The translations under genes and the position numbers were made by a program. A stretch of 64,000 bases of DNA from positions 1,120,001 through 1,184,000 of the forward strand of contig CBDBGH010000003.1 of NCBI GenBank assembly GCA_965205265.1, given 5' to 3'. Positions 1 through 10,434 of the stretch are shown here, piece by piece; position 1 is the stretch's first letter; the number at the start of each line of letters is the position of its first letter. This DNA comes from Alphaproteobacteria bacterium (lineage in GTDB: Bacteria > Pseudomonadota > Alphaproteobacteria > Bin95). The notes under the pieces are model-generated. The model ran no database searches, had not been told where the DNA came from, and was given only the letters and a program-made list of their open reading frames with translations.

Positions 1-580
1 ACACCCCCTCATCGGCGAAGAACAGGCCCGCCTCCGGCTCCAGGGGCCGGCGGTTGTGGTAGCCGATCTCCATGTCGAAGGCGCGCGCGCGTCCGGCGAT
101 CTCGCGCCCGATCCGTCCCATGCCGAAAATGCCGAGCCGCTTGCCGGTCACTTCCGTGCCGATCAGCTGGCACGGCCCCCAGCCCGTCCATCGGCCTTCG
201 ACGATCAGCGCCTGCCCCTCGCGCGCCCGGCGGGCGGCACCCAGCATCAGCAGCATGGCGTTGTCGGCGACCGCGGCGCTGAGCACATCCGGCGTATAGA
301 CAACCGGAATTCCCCGCATCTTCAATGCGTTGAGGTCCAGATGTTCATGTCCGACGGAATAGGTCGCCACCGCCTTGAGCGAAGCCGGAAGGCCGGCGAC
401 GGCGGCGGCGTCCAGACGCTCGCTCGTGTTGATGACCAGCCCGTCCATGTCCTCGCAGGCCGCCGCCACCTCGGCAGGCGACAGTTTGCGGTCATCGACA
501 TTCCAGACCGTATCGAACGACCGGGCGAACCGGGCCTCCACCGGTTCCGGCAGGCGCCGCGTGACAAAGACCCGTTTCAT
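1..580 (-). CDS. D-isomer-specific 2-hydroxyacid dehydrogenase (glyoxylate/hydroxypyruvate reductase-like), 3' end runs off the window
   Basis: Manual translation from ATG at 580: MKRVFVTRRLPEPV...ATYSVGHEHLDL...TPDVLSAAVAD...GKRLGIFGMGRIG (Rossmann GxGxxG); not in the ORF track because it has no stop in the window. Confidence 0.88.
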   Translation of the reverse strand, partial: MKRVFVTRRLPEPVEARFARSFDTVWNVDDRKLSPAEVAAACEDMDGLVINTSERLDAAAVAGLPASLKAVATYSVGHEHLDLNALKMRGIPVVYTPDVLSAAVADNAMLLMLGAARRAREGQALIVEGRWTGWGPCQLIGTEVTGKRLGIFGMGRIGREIAGRARAFDMEIGYHNRRPLEPEAGLFFADEGV

Positions 581-617
581 CGCCCGCTCCTTATGCTCCG
601 GCTTGCCGGCCTGCGCC

Positions 618-1526
618 TCAGCCGCCCAGGACTTCGCCGGCTTTCAGCCCCGCCTCGGCCGCGGCGATCTTCCCGACCCCTTCCGGGCGGACCCGGACCG
701 CGCAAACCGCGCCGCCGGCGGCGGCGATGACGGCGCCGTCTTCGCCGACGGACAGGACCGTGCCGGGCCCGGCCCCGGCCGGGGCTTCCGCGAGGCGCGC
801 GTCGAATATCTGGAGTTTCGCGCCGTTGCGCAGGGTCCAGGCGCCGGGCTGCGGGTTGCAGCCGCGAATGAGGTTGTAGATTTCGCCGGCGGGGCGGGAC
901 CAGTCGATCCCGGCGTCCTCCGCCGTGCACCAGCTCTCGTAGGTCGCCTCGGCCTCGTCCTGCGCGAGCTTCGGGGCCTTGCCGTCACGCACCAGATCGA
1001 CGGCTTCCAGCATGGCGTCCACGCCCATCGGGAACAGGCGGTCGAAATAGAGGCTGCCCAGCGTGTCGTCGGGGCCGATGGCGGTTTTCTTCTGCAGCAG
1101 CACGGGGCCGGTATCGAGGCCGTCATCGGGCCAGAAGATGGTGAGGCCGGTTTCCGTGCGGCCCTGGATGATCGGCCAGTTGATCGAACTCGGGCCGCGA
1201 TGCAGCGGCAGCAGGGAAGGGTGGTACTGGATGGTGCCGAGCGTCGGCAGGTCGAGGAATGAGGACGGCACGATCTTCGTCACATAGGCCATGACGCAGA
1301 GGTCCGGCCGGAGCGCCGCGAATTCCTCATGGACCGCCGGATCGCGGAAACTCTTCGGCTGGAAAACGGGCAGGCCGCGCTCGCCGGCGGCGGCCTTCAA
1401 CGGGTCCGGGCGGTCGGGTCTTGCATCGGGGGCGCAATAGACGGCCACGACCTCCTCGCCGCGCGCCGCCAGCGCGTCGAGCACCGCCTTGCCGAATGCC
1501 TGCTGGCCGTTGACAACGATACGCAT
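618..1526 (-). CDS. Formyltransferase-family protein (Fmt-like / 10-formyl-THF hydrolase-type domain)
   Basis: YHPSLLPLHRG and DDGLDTG motifs; Fmt C-terminal-like region (IYNLIRGCNPQPGAWT); start at MRIVVNGQQAFG behind a purine-rich RBS. Confidence 0.85.
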   Translation of the reverse strand: MRIVVNGQQAFGKAVLDALAARGEEVVAVYCAPDARPDRPDPLKAAAGERGLPVFQPKSFRDPAVHEEFAALRPDLCVMAYVTKIVPSSFLDLPTLGTIQYHPSLLPLHRGPSSINWPIIQGRTETGLTIFWPDDGLDTGPVLLQKKTAIGPDDTLGSLYFDRLFPMGVDAMLEAVDLVRDGKAPKLAQDEAEATYESWCTAEDAGIDWSRPAGEIYNLIRGCNPQPGAWTLRNGAKLQIFDARLAEAPAGAGPGTVLSVGEDGAVIAAAGGAVCAVRVRPEGVGKIAAAEAGLKAGEVLGG

Positions 1527-1786
1527 GGGGCTCCCCCTCTTCATCCTGGGCAGGCGCAGTCTAGAGCACAAGCCGTTCGGATTGGACCGCATTTCGGGTC
1601 AGGCGCAACCGAACCGGCAGGCGTTCCGGTTACGGACCGAAACGAGACACGTAAATCCGTTGGTCGGGTGGTATGAAACACAAATTGTTCCAATAATAGA
1701 GTAATATTTCTCTATAGAGATTGCATTATCAGAAAGTGTGCTATTATGGGTCCGATGGAAGCGGCATCCATGGACCGCTTCCCGCC

Positions 1787-1840
1787 CGCGCCGGCGCGGT
1801 TCGCGCGCGGGCGATCAGGCGCGCGAACCGCGCCGGCGCG
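1787..1840. repeat. Perfect 22-bp inverted repeat (10-nt loop)
   Basis: cgcgccggcgcggttcgcgcgc (1787-1808) / gcgcgcgaaccgcgccggcgcg (1819-1840). Confidence 0.9.
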
Positions 1841-1956
1841 AAACGTGCGCCCGCCCGCGCACAGGCGCCCGCGCAGGATGACGCGCGAATAAGGGTCGCT
1901 CCGGTGCCGGGCCGGTGCGCCGAACGAACGCGAACCGGAACGAAGGAGCCGCACCC

Positions 1957-2060
1957 ATGCCCGTGCTCGACCCGATCCTCTCCCTCTCCTCCCGCCAGGA
2001 AGCCTTCTGCAATCACTACCATGACAAAACACGAGTTAACATGACATTCCGTGACACACC
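1957..2060 (+). pseudogene. Possible remnant of a terminase small subunit-like gene
   Basis: GAAGGAG RBS, ATG 1957, MPVLDPILSLSSRQEAFCNHY resembles the LxxxQxxFxxxY start of terminase small subunits; resemblance ends after about 21 codons. Confidence 0.35.
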
Positions 2061-2333
2061 GCAACAGCCCGCCTGTCCAGCCGGCGTCGTCCCGGACGGC
2101 GCGGAGCGTCGATCCGGGATCTCAGGCCGCCCGCCCCGGCCGCACAAGGCCCCGGCTCAAGGCCGGGGCGACAGGTTGGGGCTACCCCCGCCTCTGCATG
2201 TCCCCGCCTTCGCGGCGCGCGGCAAGCGGGATGCGGGACGGGGACATCCACCCGGCGGCCGATTCGACCGGGGCGAAACGCGCCGTACAATACGCTTGAC
2301 CGTCTGCGGGGGGCCGCGTAGCAGGCTGGCCCC

Positions 2334-3314
2334 ATGATCGCCTTCACCCTCCGGCGCCTGGTGCAGTCCCTCGTCGTGATCCTGTTCGTGGCGCTGATCG
2401 CGTTTTCCATGTTCCGGTTCGTCGGCGATCCGGTGCACCAGATGGTCGGCATCGAGACGACGCTCGAGGAGCGCGAAGCCCTGCGGGAACGCCTCGGGCT
2501 GAACGATCCCTTCCATGTCCAGTTCGCGCGCTATATCGCCAAAGCCGCACGGCTCGATTTCGGCGTCTCCTACCAGCACAAGAAGCCGGTGACGGACATG
2601 ATCGGCGCGCGCTTCCCGGCGACCTTCGAGCTGGCGATGGTATCGGCCCTGCTGGCGCTCGCGGTCGGCGTGCCGATGGGCGTCTTTACCGGGCTCTACC
2701 GCGACAGCTGGCTCTCCAAGGTCTTCATGGCGGTGTCGCTCGCCGGCATATCGCTGCCGACCTTCCTGATCGGCATTCTGCTGATCTTCGTCTTTTCGGT
2801 GACGCTCGGGGCGATGCCGAGTTTCGGGCGGGGCGAGACCGTCGATCTCGGCGGCTGGACGACCGGACTGCTGACCGCGAGCGGCCTGCAGGCGCTCGTC
2901 ATGCCGGCGGTCACGCTCGGCCTCTTCCAGATGACGCTCATCATGCGCCTCGTGCGCTCGGAAATGCTGGAGGTGCTGCGCACCGATTACATCAAGTTCG
3001 CCCGGGCGCGGGGGCTCTCCAACCGGGCCGTCCATTTCGGCCACGCGCTGAAGAACACGCTGGTGCCGGTCATCACCATCACCGGCCTGCAACTCGGCGG
3101 CATCATCGCCTTTGCGATCATCACCGAGACGGTCTTCCAGTGGCCGGGGATGGGCCTCTTGTTCCTGCAATCCATCCAGACGGTCGATATCCCGATCATG
3201 GCCGCCTACCTCATGCTGATCGCGTTCCTGTTCGTCGCGATCAACCTCGCCGTGGACCTGCTTTACTATGTCGTCGATCCGCGCCTCAGGCTCGACCGGG
3301 GGGCGGCCTGGTGA
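2334..3314 (+). CDS. Peptide/nickel ABC transporter permease (DppB/OppB-like)
   Basis: Hydrophobic; EAA-type loop DYIKFARARGL...HALKN; ETVFQWPGMG. Confidence 0.93.
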   Translation: MIAFTLRRLVQSLVVILFVALIAFSMFRFVGDPVHQMVGIETTLEEREALRERLGLNDPFHVQFARYIAKAARLDFGVSYQHKKPVTDMIGARFPATFELAMVSALLALAVGVPMGVFTGLYRDSWLSKVFMAVSLAGISLPTFLIGILLIFVFSVTLGAMPSFGRGETVDLGGWTTGLLTASGLQALVMPAVTLGLFQMTLIMRLVRSEMLEVLRTDYIKFARARGLSNRAVHFGHALKNTLVPVITITGLQLGGIIAFAIITETVFQWPGMGLLFLQSIQTVDIPIMAAYLMLIAFLFVAINLAVDLLYYVVDPRLRLDRGAAW

Positions 3315-4213
3315 GAGCCTGGCGGGACAGCGACCTCTGGCATTCCTTCACGCGCTCGCAGATTACGGTCGCGGCCGCAGCCATCGCCGGCGTCATGATT
3401 CTCGCGGCCTTTCTGGCGCCGCTCATCGCGCCCCACAACCCGTTCGACCTCGCAAGCCTGGACCTGCTGGATGCGCATATTCCGCCGGTCTGGTCGGAGG
3501 ACGGGGAAACCCGCTTCCTGATCGGCACCGACGACCAGGGCCGCGACCTCCTGTCGGCCATCCTTTACGGCGCGCGCATCTCCATCGGCGTCGGCATCGC
3601 CTCGGTCATTCTCTCGCTGGTGCTCGGCGTCGGGCTCGGCCTCGTCTCCGGCTATGCGGGCGGGCGCATCGACGCCTTCATCATGCGGGTTGCCGACATC
3701 CAGCTCAGCTTCCCCGCCATCCTCATCGCGCTGCTGGTGAACGGCGTGCTGCGCGGCATCCTGCCGAGCGAGCGCCAGGACGAGCTCGCCATCTATGTGC
3801 TGGTGCTCTCCATCGGCATTTCCGGATGGGTGCAATATGCGCGCACGGTGCGCGGCTCCACGCTGGTCGAGAAGAACAAGGAATATGTCCAGGCGGCGCG
3901 GCTGATCGGCATTTCCCCGGCGCGCATCATGGTTCGCCACATCCTTCCCAACGCGATGGGGCCGGTGCTGGTGATTGCGACGATCCACCTCGCGGTTGCG
4001 ATCATCACCGAGGCGACGCTGTCTTTCCTCGGCATCGGCGTGCCGCCCACGGAGCCGTCGCTGGGCACCCTCATCCGCATCGGCAACGACTTCCTGTTCT
4101 CCGGCGAGTGGTGGGTGACGATCTTCCCCGGCGTCACGCTCGCCGTGCTGGTGCTTTCCGTCAACCTGCTCGGCGACTGGCTGCGCGATGCCCTCAACCC
4201 GAAGCTCCGCTGA
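3311..4213 (+). CDS. Peptide/nickel ABC transporter permease (DppC/OppC-like)
   Basis: GTG at 3311 overlapping upstream TGA; GTDDQGRD, EYVQAARLIG, EATLSFLGIG, GDWLRDALNP. Confidence 0.93.
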   Translation: MRAWRDSDLWHSFTRSQITVAAAAIAGVMILAAFLAPLIAPHNPFDLASLDLLDAHIPPVWSEDGETRFLIGTDDQGRDLLSAILYGARISIGVGIASVILSLVLGVGLGLVSGYAGGRIDAFIMRVADIQLSFPAILIALLVNGVLRGILPSERQDELAIYVLVLSIGISGWVQYARTVRGSTLVEKNKEYVQAARLIGISPARIMVRHILPNAMGPVLVIATIHLAVAIITEATLSFLGIGVPPTEPSLGTLIRIGNDFLFSGEWWVTIFPGVTLAVLVLSVNLLGDWLRDALNPKLR

Positions 4214-5195
4214 CTTCGTCGCCGCAGAGGCGGTCGCGCGGCATTTCGATGTCTCGAAGCCCTGGCTCGCGCGCGCCATCGAGCAGAGCCCGCGCGTATT
4301 CCTGAAGGCGGTGGACGGCGTTTCCTTCGCCGTGGCGAAAGGGGAAACGCTGGCGCTTGTCGGTGAGTCCGGCTGCGGCAAGTCCACCGTCGCGCGGCTC
4401 GTCGTCGGCCTTTACCGCCCGACCTCCGGCCGGGTGCTGTTTGACGGCCTGGAACTGGTGGGGTTGCCTGCGGCCGAGCGCGCGCGCTCCCGGCGGCGGA
4501 TGCAGATGATCTTCCAGGACCCCTATGCCAGCCTCAATCCGCGCTGGCGGGTGCGCGACATCGTGGCCGAGCCGCTGCGCGCCTTCGGGCTCGCGAGCGG
4601 GCGGGCGGAACTGGCCGAACGGGTGGGTGCTCTGCTCGTGCAGGTGGGGCTTTCCCCGGCCGACGGCGAGAAATACCCGCATGAGTTCTCCGGCGGCCAG
4701 CGCCAGCGCATCTCGATTGCGCGCGCGCTTTCCAGCAGTCCGGAATTCCTGGTCTGCGACGAGCCGACTTCAGCGCTCGATGTTTCGGTGCAGGCGCAAA
4801 TCCTGAACCTGATGCGGGACCTCCAGGAGCAGCTAGGCCTCACCTATCTCTTCATCAGCCACAACCTGGCGGCCGTGCGCCATATCTCGGACCGGGTAGG
4901 CGTGATGTATCTCGGGCGCATCGTGGAGATCGCGGACTCCGAAACGCTCTTCTCCACGCCGCGCCACCCCTATACGCAGATGCTGCTGGACGCGATCCCG
5001 GACCTCGCCATGTCGGGCCGCGAGCGCGAGCCGATGGGCGGCGAAGTGCCGAACCCGCTCGATCCGCCCGCCGGCTGCCATTTCCACCCCCGCTGCCCCT
5101 TCGCCAACGCCCGCTGCCGCGCCGAAACGCCGGCCCTGAAGCGACACGGCCCGGCGGAAACTGCTTGTCATGCGGTGGAAGAGGGGCGGATTTAG
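4188..5195 (+). CDS. Peptide ABC transporter ATP-binding protein (DppF/OppF-like)
   Basis: Walker A GESGCGKST, FSGGQRQR, CDEPTSALD, C-terminal HPYT...GCHFHPRC domain; start uncertain. Confidence 0.92.
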   Translation: MPSTRSSADFVAAEAVARHFDVSKPWLARAIEQSPRVFLKAVDGVSFAVAKGETLALVGESGCGKSTVARLVVGLYRPTSGRVLFDGLELVGLPAAERARSRRRMQMIFQDPYASLNPRWRVRDIVAEPLRAFGLASGRAELAERVGALLVQVGLSPADGEKYPHEFSGGQRQRISIARALSSSPEFLVCDEPTSALDVSVQAQILNLMRDLQEQLGLTYLFISHNLAAVRHISDRVGVMYLGRIVEIADSETLFSTPRHPYTQMLLDAIPDLAMSGREREPMGGEVPNPLDPPAGCHFHPRCPFANARCRAETPALKRHGPAETACHAVEEGRI

Positions 5196-5241
5196 GAGAA
5201 TAAGCCGGCGGACGGCTCCGCAGACTTGAGGAGACAGAAGA

Positions 5242-6315
5242 ATGACGGACGGAATCGAAGTATGGGCGCTCAACCTCGATGAAGTATCCAATACCAAGGC
5301 TCTGGAAGCGGTGAACCGGACGGAAACCGAACAGAAACTCGAAGACACGCTGGCCGCCAAACCAGAGATGCTGATGCCGGGCTTAAGGATTGTTGGCCGC
5401 CAGGCATCGACGGAGAGTGGTTATCCCGATCTTCTCGGTTTCGACGGCGACGGCAGGCTGGTCGTATTCGAACTCAAACGCGGTATGCTCACGAGGGACG
5501 CCATAGCGCAGGTCCTCGATTATGGCTCCGATCTCGAATCCCGGACAGAAGAGGAGTTGGCAGAGTATGTCGTCGAATGCTCCGGTAAGCATGGTGTAGA
5601 GAAGATAGAAGACTTTTCGACTTGGTATGGCGGACACTTCGATATACAAGAAGTCAATATCAAGCCGGTCCGTATGGTGTTGGTTGGGCTTGGTGTCGAT
5701 ACAAAAGCGAGACGAATGGTTGAATATCTTCAGAACAAGGAAGTGAATATCGAGCTGATGACATTTCATGGTTTCCAACATGGAGGACAAATGTTACTGA
5801 TAAAGCAAGTTGAGACTCTTGAGATATCTGAAGATGATTCGGAACCGCGGAAGCCTCGAATGAGCAAGGCTGAATATTGGGATCGAATACTCAAATTGGC
5901 AAGAGAACATAATGCTCCACACTTGGAAGAGGCAACTAAAATTTTGACACATGAATCCAAATATTATCATACAAGATATGGAACTACTTTCATAAATCCC
6001 AGTATAGTATTACCGACAAATGTTCCTGCTCGTGCTTCTCACTCTGTTGTTCTGGACGGAAATAGTGATGGGACAATAAAGATTGTATTCTATCCACCAT
6101 CTGTGCATTTGTGTTGGGATGCATTTCAAGAAGTGCGCGATCAACTATCTTTCAAATTCGAGAAACCGCGGAATACGTACCCAACTGACCGGGTTTTGGA
6201 ACAATGGTATTGCCTGTTGGATCACGATGGCTGGCAAAGGCACAAGGAAGCGCTTCAGGATCTGGTCTGGAATGTGCGCAAGGAATGGGACCGGGTCCGG
6301 GAAGAGCGGGCCTGA
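5242..6315 (+). CDS. NucS/DUF91-like PD-(D/E)xK endonuclease-domain protein
   Basis: EQKLED...GRQ...PDLLGFDGDGRLVVFELKR...AIAQVLDY motif; GAGGAG RBS; visibly AT-richer than the flanks. Confidence 0.75.
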   Translation: MTDGIEVWALNLDEVSNTKALEAVNRTETEQKLEDTLAAKPEMLMPGLRIVGRQASTESGYPDLLGFDGDGRLVVFELKRGMLTRDAIAQVLDYGSDLESRTEEELAEYVVECSGKHGVEKIEDFSTWYGGHFDIQEVNIKPVRMVLVGLGVDTKARRMVEYLQNKEVNIELMTFHGFQHGGQMLLIKQVETLEISEDDSEPRKPRMSKAEYWDRILKLAREHNAPHLEEATKILTHESKYYHTRYGTTFINPSIVLPTNVPARASHSVVLDGNSDGTIKIVFYPPSVHLCWDAFQEVRDQLSFKFEKPRNTYPTDRVLEQWYCLLDHDGWQRHKEALQDLVWNVRKEWDRVREERA

Positions 6316-6331
6316 AGTCCCGCCCATCCGC

Positions 6332-7495
6332 TCAGGCCGGATTCCGCTCCACAAGCTGGCGGGCGATGATGATGCGTTGCAGTTCGTTGGTGCCTTCGCC
6401 GATGGCGAGCAGCGGCGCGTCCCGGTAGTAGCGCTCGACATGCATCTCCTTCGAGTAGCCGTAGGCGCCGTGGACGCGCATCGCCTCCATGCTGTTCTCG
6501 ACCGCGGCCTCCGAGGCGAACAGCTTGGCCATGCCGGCCTCCATGTCGCAGCGCTCGCCGGCGTCATAGGCGCGGGCGGCCTGTTCGACCAGCAGCCGGG
6601 CGGCCTCCACGCGCGTCGCCATGTCGGCGAGCTTGATCTGGATGGCCTGGTGCTGCGCGATGGGCCGGCCGAAGGTCTCGCGCTGCTGGGCGTAGCGGAG
6701 CGCGTCCTCCATCGCGGCGCGCGCGACGCCGACGCCGCGGGCGGCGACATTGATGCGGCCGAGCTCCAGCCCGCCGAGCGCATGGCGGAGCCCCTTGCCT
6801 TCCTCCAGCCCGATCAGCCGGTCGGCGGGTATCCGGTAGTCCTCGAAGATGAGCTCGGCTGAGTCGATGCCCTTGTAGCCGAGCTTCTCCAGCTTCCGGC
6901 TGACGGTGAAGCCGGGGCCCTTCTCCGCCAGGAAAAGGCTCATGCCCCGGTGGCGCGGGCTCGCCTCGGGGTCGGTCTTGACGAGCAGCGCGAAGCAGGA
7001 GCCGTGAATGCCGTTCGAAATCCAGATCTTCGTGCCGTTCACGACATAGTCGCCGCCGTCGCGCCGCGCGGCGGTGCGGATCGCCTGCAGGTCGGTGCCG
7101 CAATTCGGCTCGGTGAGCGCGAGGCCGCCCCGGACCTCGCCCGATGCGAAGCGCGGCAGCCAGGCCCGCTTCTGCTCTTCCGTGCCGAAGCGCAGCACGG
7201 CGGCGGACATGATGAGATGCGAGTTGAAGATGCCGGAGAGCGACATCCACACGGCCGAGACCCGCTCGACGATGCGCGCATAGGTCGAGGCGCCGAGGCC
7301 GAGGCCGCCGTATTCCTCCGGGATGATGGCGCCGAAGAGGCCGAGCTCCTTCATCCGCTCGACGATGTCGGCGGGCCAGGTGTCGCTGTGTTCGAGCGCC
7401 AGCACATGCGGGCGCACATCGCGGTCGAGGAACTTGTCCACCGCGTCGAGCAGGGCGGCTTCGAGTTCGGGATCGTCCGGGGAAGGGGCATTCAT
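6332..7495 (-). CDS. Acyl-CoA dehydrogenase
   Basis: ALTEPNCGTD, NGTKIWISNG, RETFGRPI, HGAYGY, ERYYRDA...IGEGTNE. Confidence 0.93.
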   Translation of the reverse strand: MNAPSPDDPELEAALLDAVDKFLDRDVRPHVLALEHSDTWPADIVERMKELGLFGAIIPEEYGGLGLGASTYARIVERVSAVWMSLSGIFNSHLIMSAAVLRFGTEEQKRAWLPRFASGEVRGGLALTEPNCGTDLQAIRTAARRDGGDYVVNGTKIWISNGIHGSCFALLVKTDPEASPRHRGMSLFLAEKGPGFTVSRKLEKLGYKGIDSAELIFEDYRIPADRLIGLEEGKGLRHALGGLELGRINVAARGVGVARAAMEDALRYAQQRETFGRPIAQHQAIQIKLADMATRVEAARLLVEQAARAYDAGERCDMEAGMAKLFASEAAVENSMEAMRVHGAYGYSKEMHVERYYRDAPLLAIGEGTNELQRIIIARQLVERNPA

Positions 7496-7499
7496 GGCG

Positions 7500-8018
7500 T
7501 CAGTATCCCGCCTTGTCATCGACGGCGTGGCCGCGTTTCGGCACCAGCATGTTGCGCTCGAAGCTCATGAAGACCGCGCCGTCGGCCTTCAGGCCGCGGG
7601 TTGCGATGCGCACGATGCCCTGGGTCGGGCGCGACCGGCTCTCGCGCTTCTCCAGCACTTCGGACTCCGCATAGATCGTGTCGCCCACGAAAACCGGCGC
7701 GGTGAGCGCGATATCGGTCCAGCCGAGATTGGCGATGGCTTTCTGGCTCGTGTCGGACACCGACATGCCGGCCACCAGCGCCAGGGTGAAGGTGGAGTTG
7801 ACGAGCGGCCGGCCGAACTCGCTCAGCCGGGCATATTCCCTGTCGAAATGGATCGGATGCTGATTCATGGTCAACAGGGTGAACCAGGTGTTGTCGCTTT
7901 CGGTGATGGTGCGCCCCGGCCGGTGCTCATAGATATGGCCGACGGCGAAATCCTCGAAATAGCGGCCGTAACTCTCGCGGAACCGGTTGGGGCCTACCTC
8001 CCGGGCTTCAGCGCTCAT
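7500..8018 (-). CDS. MaoC-family dehydratase (hot-dog fold)
   Basis: GRYFEDF...HRPGRTITESDN...NQHPIHFD...PVFVGDTIYAES. Confidence 0.9.
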   Translation of the reverse strand: MSAEAREVGPNRFRESYGRYFEDFAVGHIYEHRPGRTITESDNTWFTLLTMNQHPIHFDREYARLSEFGRPLVNSTFTLALVAGMSVSDTSQKAIANLGWTDIALTAPVFVGDTIYAESEVLEKRESRSRPTQGIVRIATRGLKADGAVFMSFERNMLVPKRGHAVDDKAGY

Positions 8019-8191
8019 TCCTCATCGTCCTCCGTTGCACGGTCGAGCATGGTGCGGATCGCCTCGACGCAACGGCCGCAGACCGGTGCGCAGGCGTTGC
8101 GGCGGAAAACCTCCGCCACCCGGCGCGCACCCGCATCGAGCGCTCCTTCGACGGCATCCGCCGAAAGGTCGTTGCAGAGACAAACCCGCAT
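8015..8191 (-). CDS. Bfd-like [2Fe-2S] ferredoxin
   Basis: MRVCLCN...CGRC (CxC...CxxC); overlaps the MaoC start (ATGA). Confidence 0.75.
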   Translation of the reverse strand: MRVCLCNDLSADAVEGALDAGARRVAEVFRRNACAPVCGRCVEAIRTMLDRATEDDEE

Positions 8192-8221
8192 CGCCGCCAC
8201 CATGGGCCGCAGGAGGCGCGA

Positions 8222-8250
8222 TTGACAAGGTAGAATGCTATGCATACGGT
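8222..8250 (+). promoter_or_regulatory. Candidate sigma70 promoter for the second peptide ABC operon
   Basis: TTGACA (8222-8227), 17 bp spacer, TACGGT (8245-8250), about 50 bp before the GTG at 8299. Confidence 0.45.
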
Positions 8251-8298
8251 CCGCCGTTCGAGCGTGGGGCGTCGCTCCGGGACAGGTCGGGAGGTTGT

Positions 8299-9290
<992 letters not shown>

Positions 9291-9294
<4 letters not shown>

Positions 9295-10310
9295 ACGATA
9301 TTGCGACACAGGCGAGCCATCGCGGCACCGTCTCCGAGGAAGTGCTGATCTCGGTGAACGGCCTCAGGATGCATTTCCCGGTGACGGAAGGCATCGTGTT
9401 GCGCCGGGTCGTCGCGCATGTGAAGGCTGTGGACGGCATCGATTTCGAAATCCGCCGGGGCGAGACGCTGGGCCTTGTGGGCGAGTCCGGCTGCGGCAAG
9501 ACCACGACCGGACGCTGCATCCTGCAGCTGGAGCGGCCGACGGCGGGCTCCATCACCTTCGAGGGCCGCGAACTCAGCGGGCTCCGGGGCGAGGAACTCC
9601 GCGCCATGCGCCGGCGCATCCAGGTGATCTTCCAGGACCCGTACAGCTCGCTCAATCCGCGCCTGAAGATCGGCGAGATCATCGGCGAGCCGATCCGCGT
9701 CCACGGCCTGATCCCGGACAAGGCGAAACGCGAGGAGCGGGTGCGCGAACTGCTTGCGGTCTGCGGCCTGAACCCGGCTTTCGCAGACCGTTACCCGCAC
9801 GAGATGTCGGGCGGCCAGCGCCAGCGCGTGGGCATTGCGCGGGCGCTCGGGCTGGAGCCGGACTTCATCGTCTGCGACGAGGCGGTGTCGGCGCTCGACG
9901 TGTCGATCCAGGCGCAGGTCATCAACCTGCTGGAAGACCTGCGGGACCAGTTCGACCTGACTTACCTGTTCATCAGCCACGATCTGTCGGTGGTGCGCCA
10001 TATCTGCCACCGGGTCGCGGTGATGTATCTCGGCAAGATGGTCGAACTCGCAGAAACGGACGAGTTGTTCGACAACCCGATGCATCCCTATACGAGGGCG
10101 CTGCTGGAGGCGGTTCCGATCCCCGATCCGGTGGTCGAGCAGGCCCGCGCGCACCAGGTCATCAAGGGCGAGATTCCGAGCCCGATCAATCCGCCTTCGG
10201 GCTGCGTCTTCCATCCGCGCTGCGATATCGCGGTTGAGGGGTGCCCGAACGCGGTCCCGGCTTTCCGCGAGGTGAAGCCGGGCCACTGGGTTGCCTGCAC
10301 GGAGGTGTAG
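9291..10310 (+). CDS. Peptide ABC transporter ATP-binding protein (OppF/DppF-like)
   Basis: [21 protein letters not shown]...[11 protein letters not shown]. Confidence 0.93.
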
Positions 10311-10434
10311 CAACGGGACGCCGTCCGGGAACGCGCCAGGGCGCAAGGGCGGAAAAGGGGGCGTTACTACGGCGCCCGCCACGCAGCCGGGCTTCCGAGC
10401 GGGGCCCGATAAACAGGGAGGTAGCGTGTCTGCC

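Noticed and set aside
1561-1592. CTAGAGCA... as an IS630-type MITE end
   Set aside because: No matching inverted partner could be found nearby
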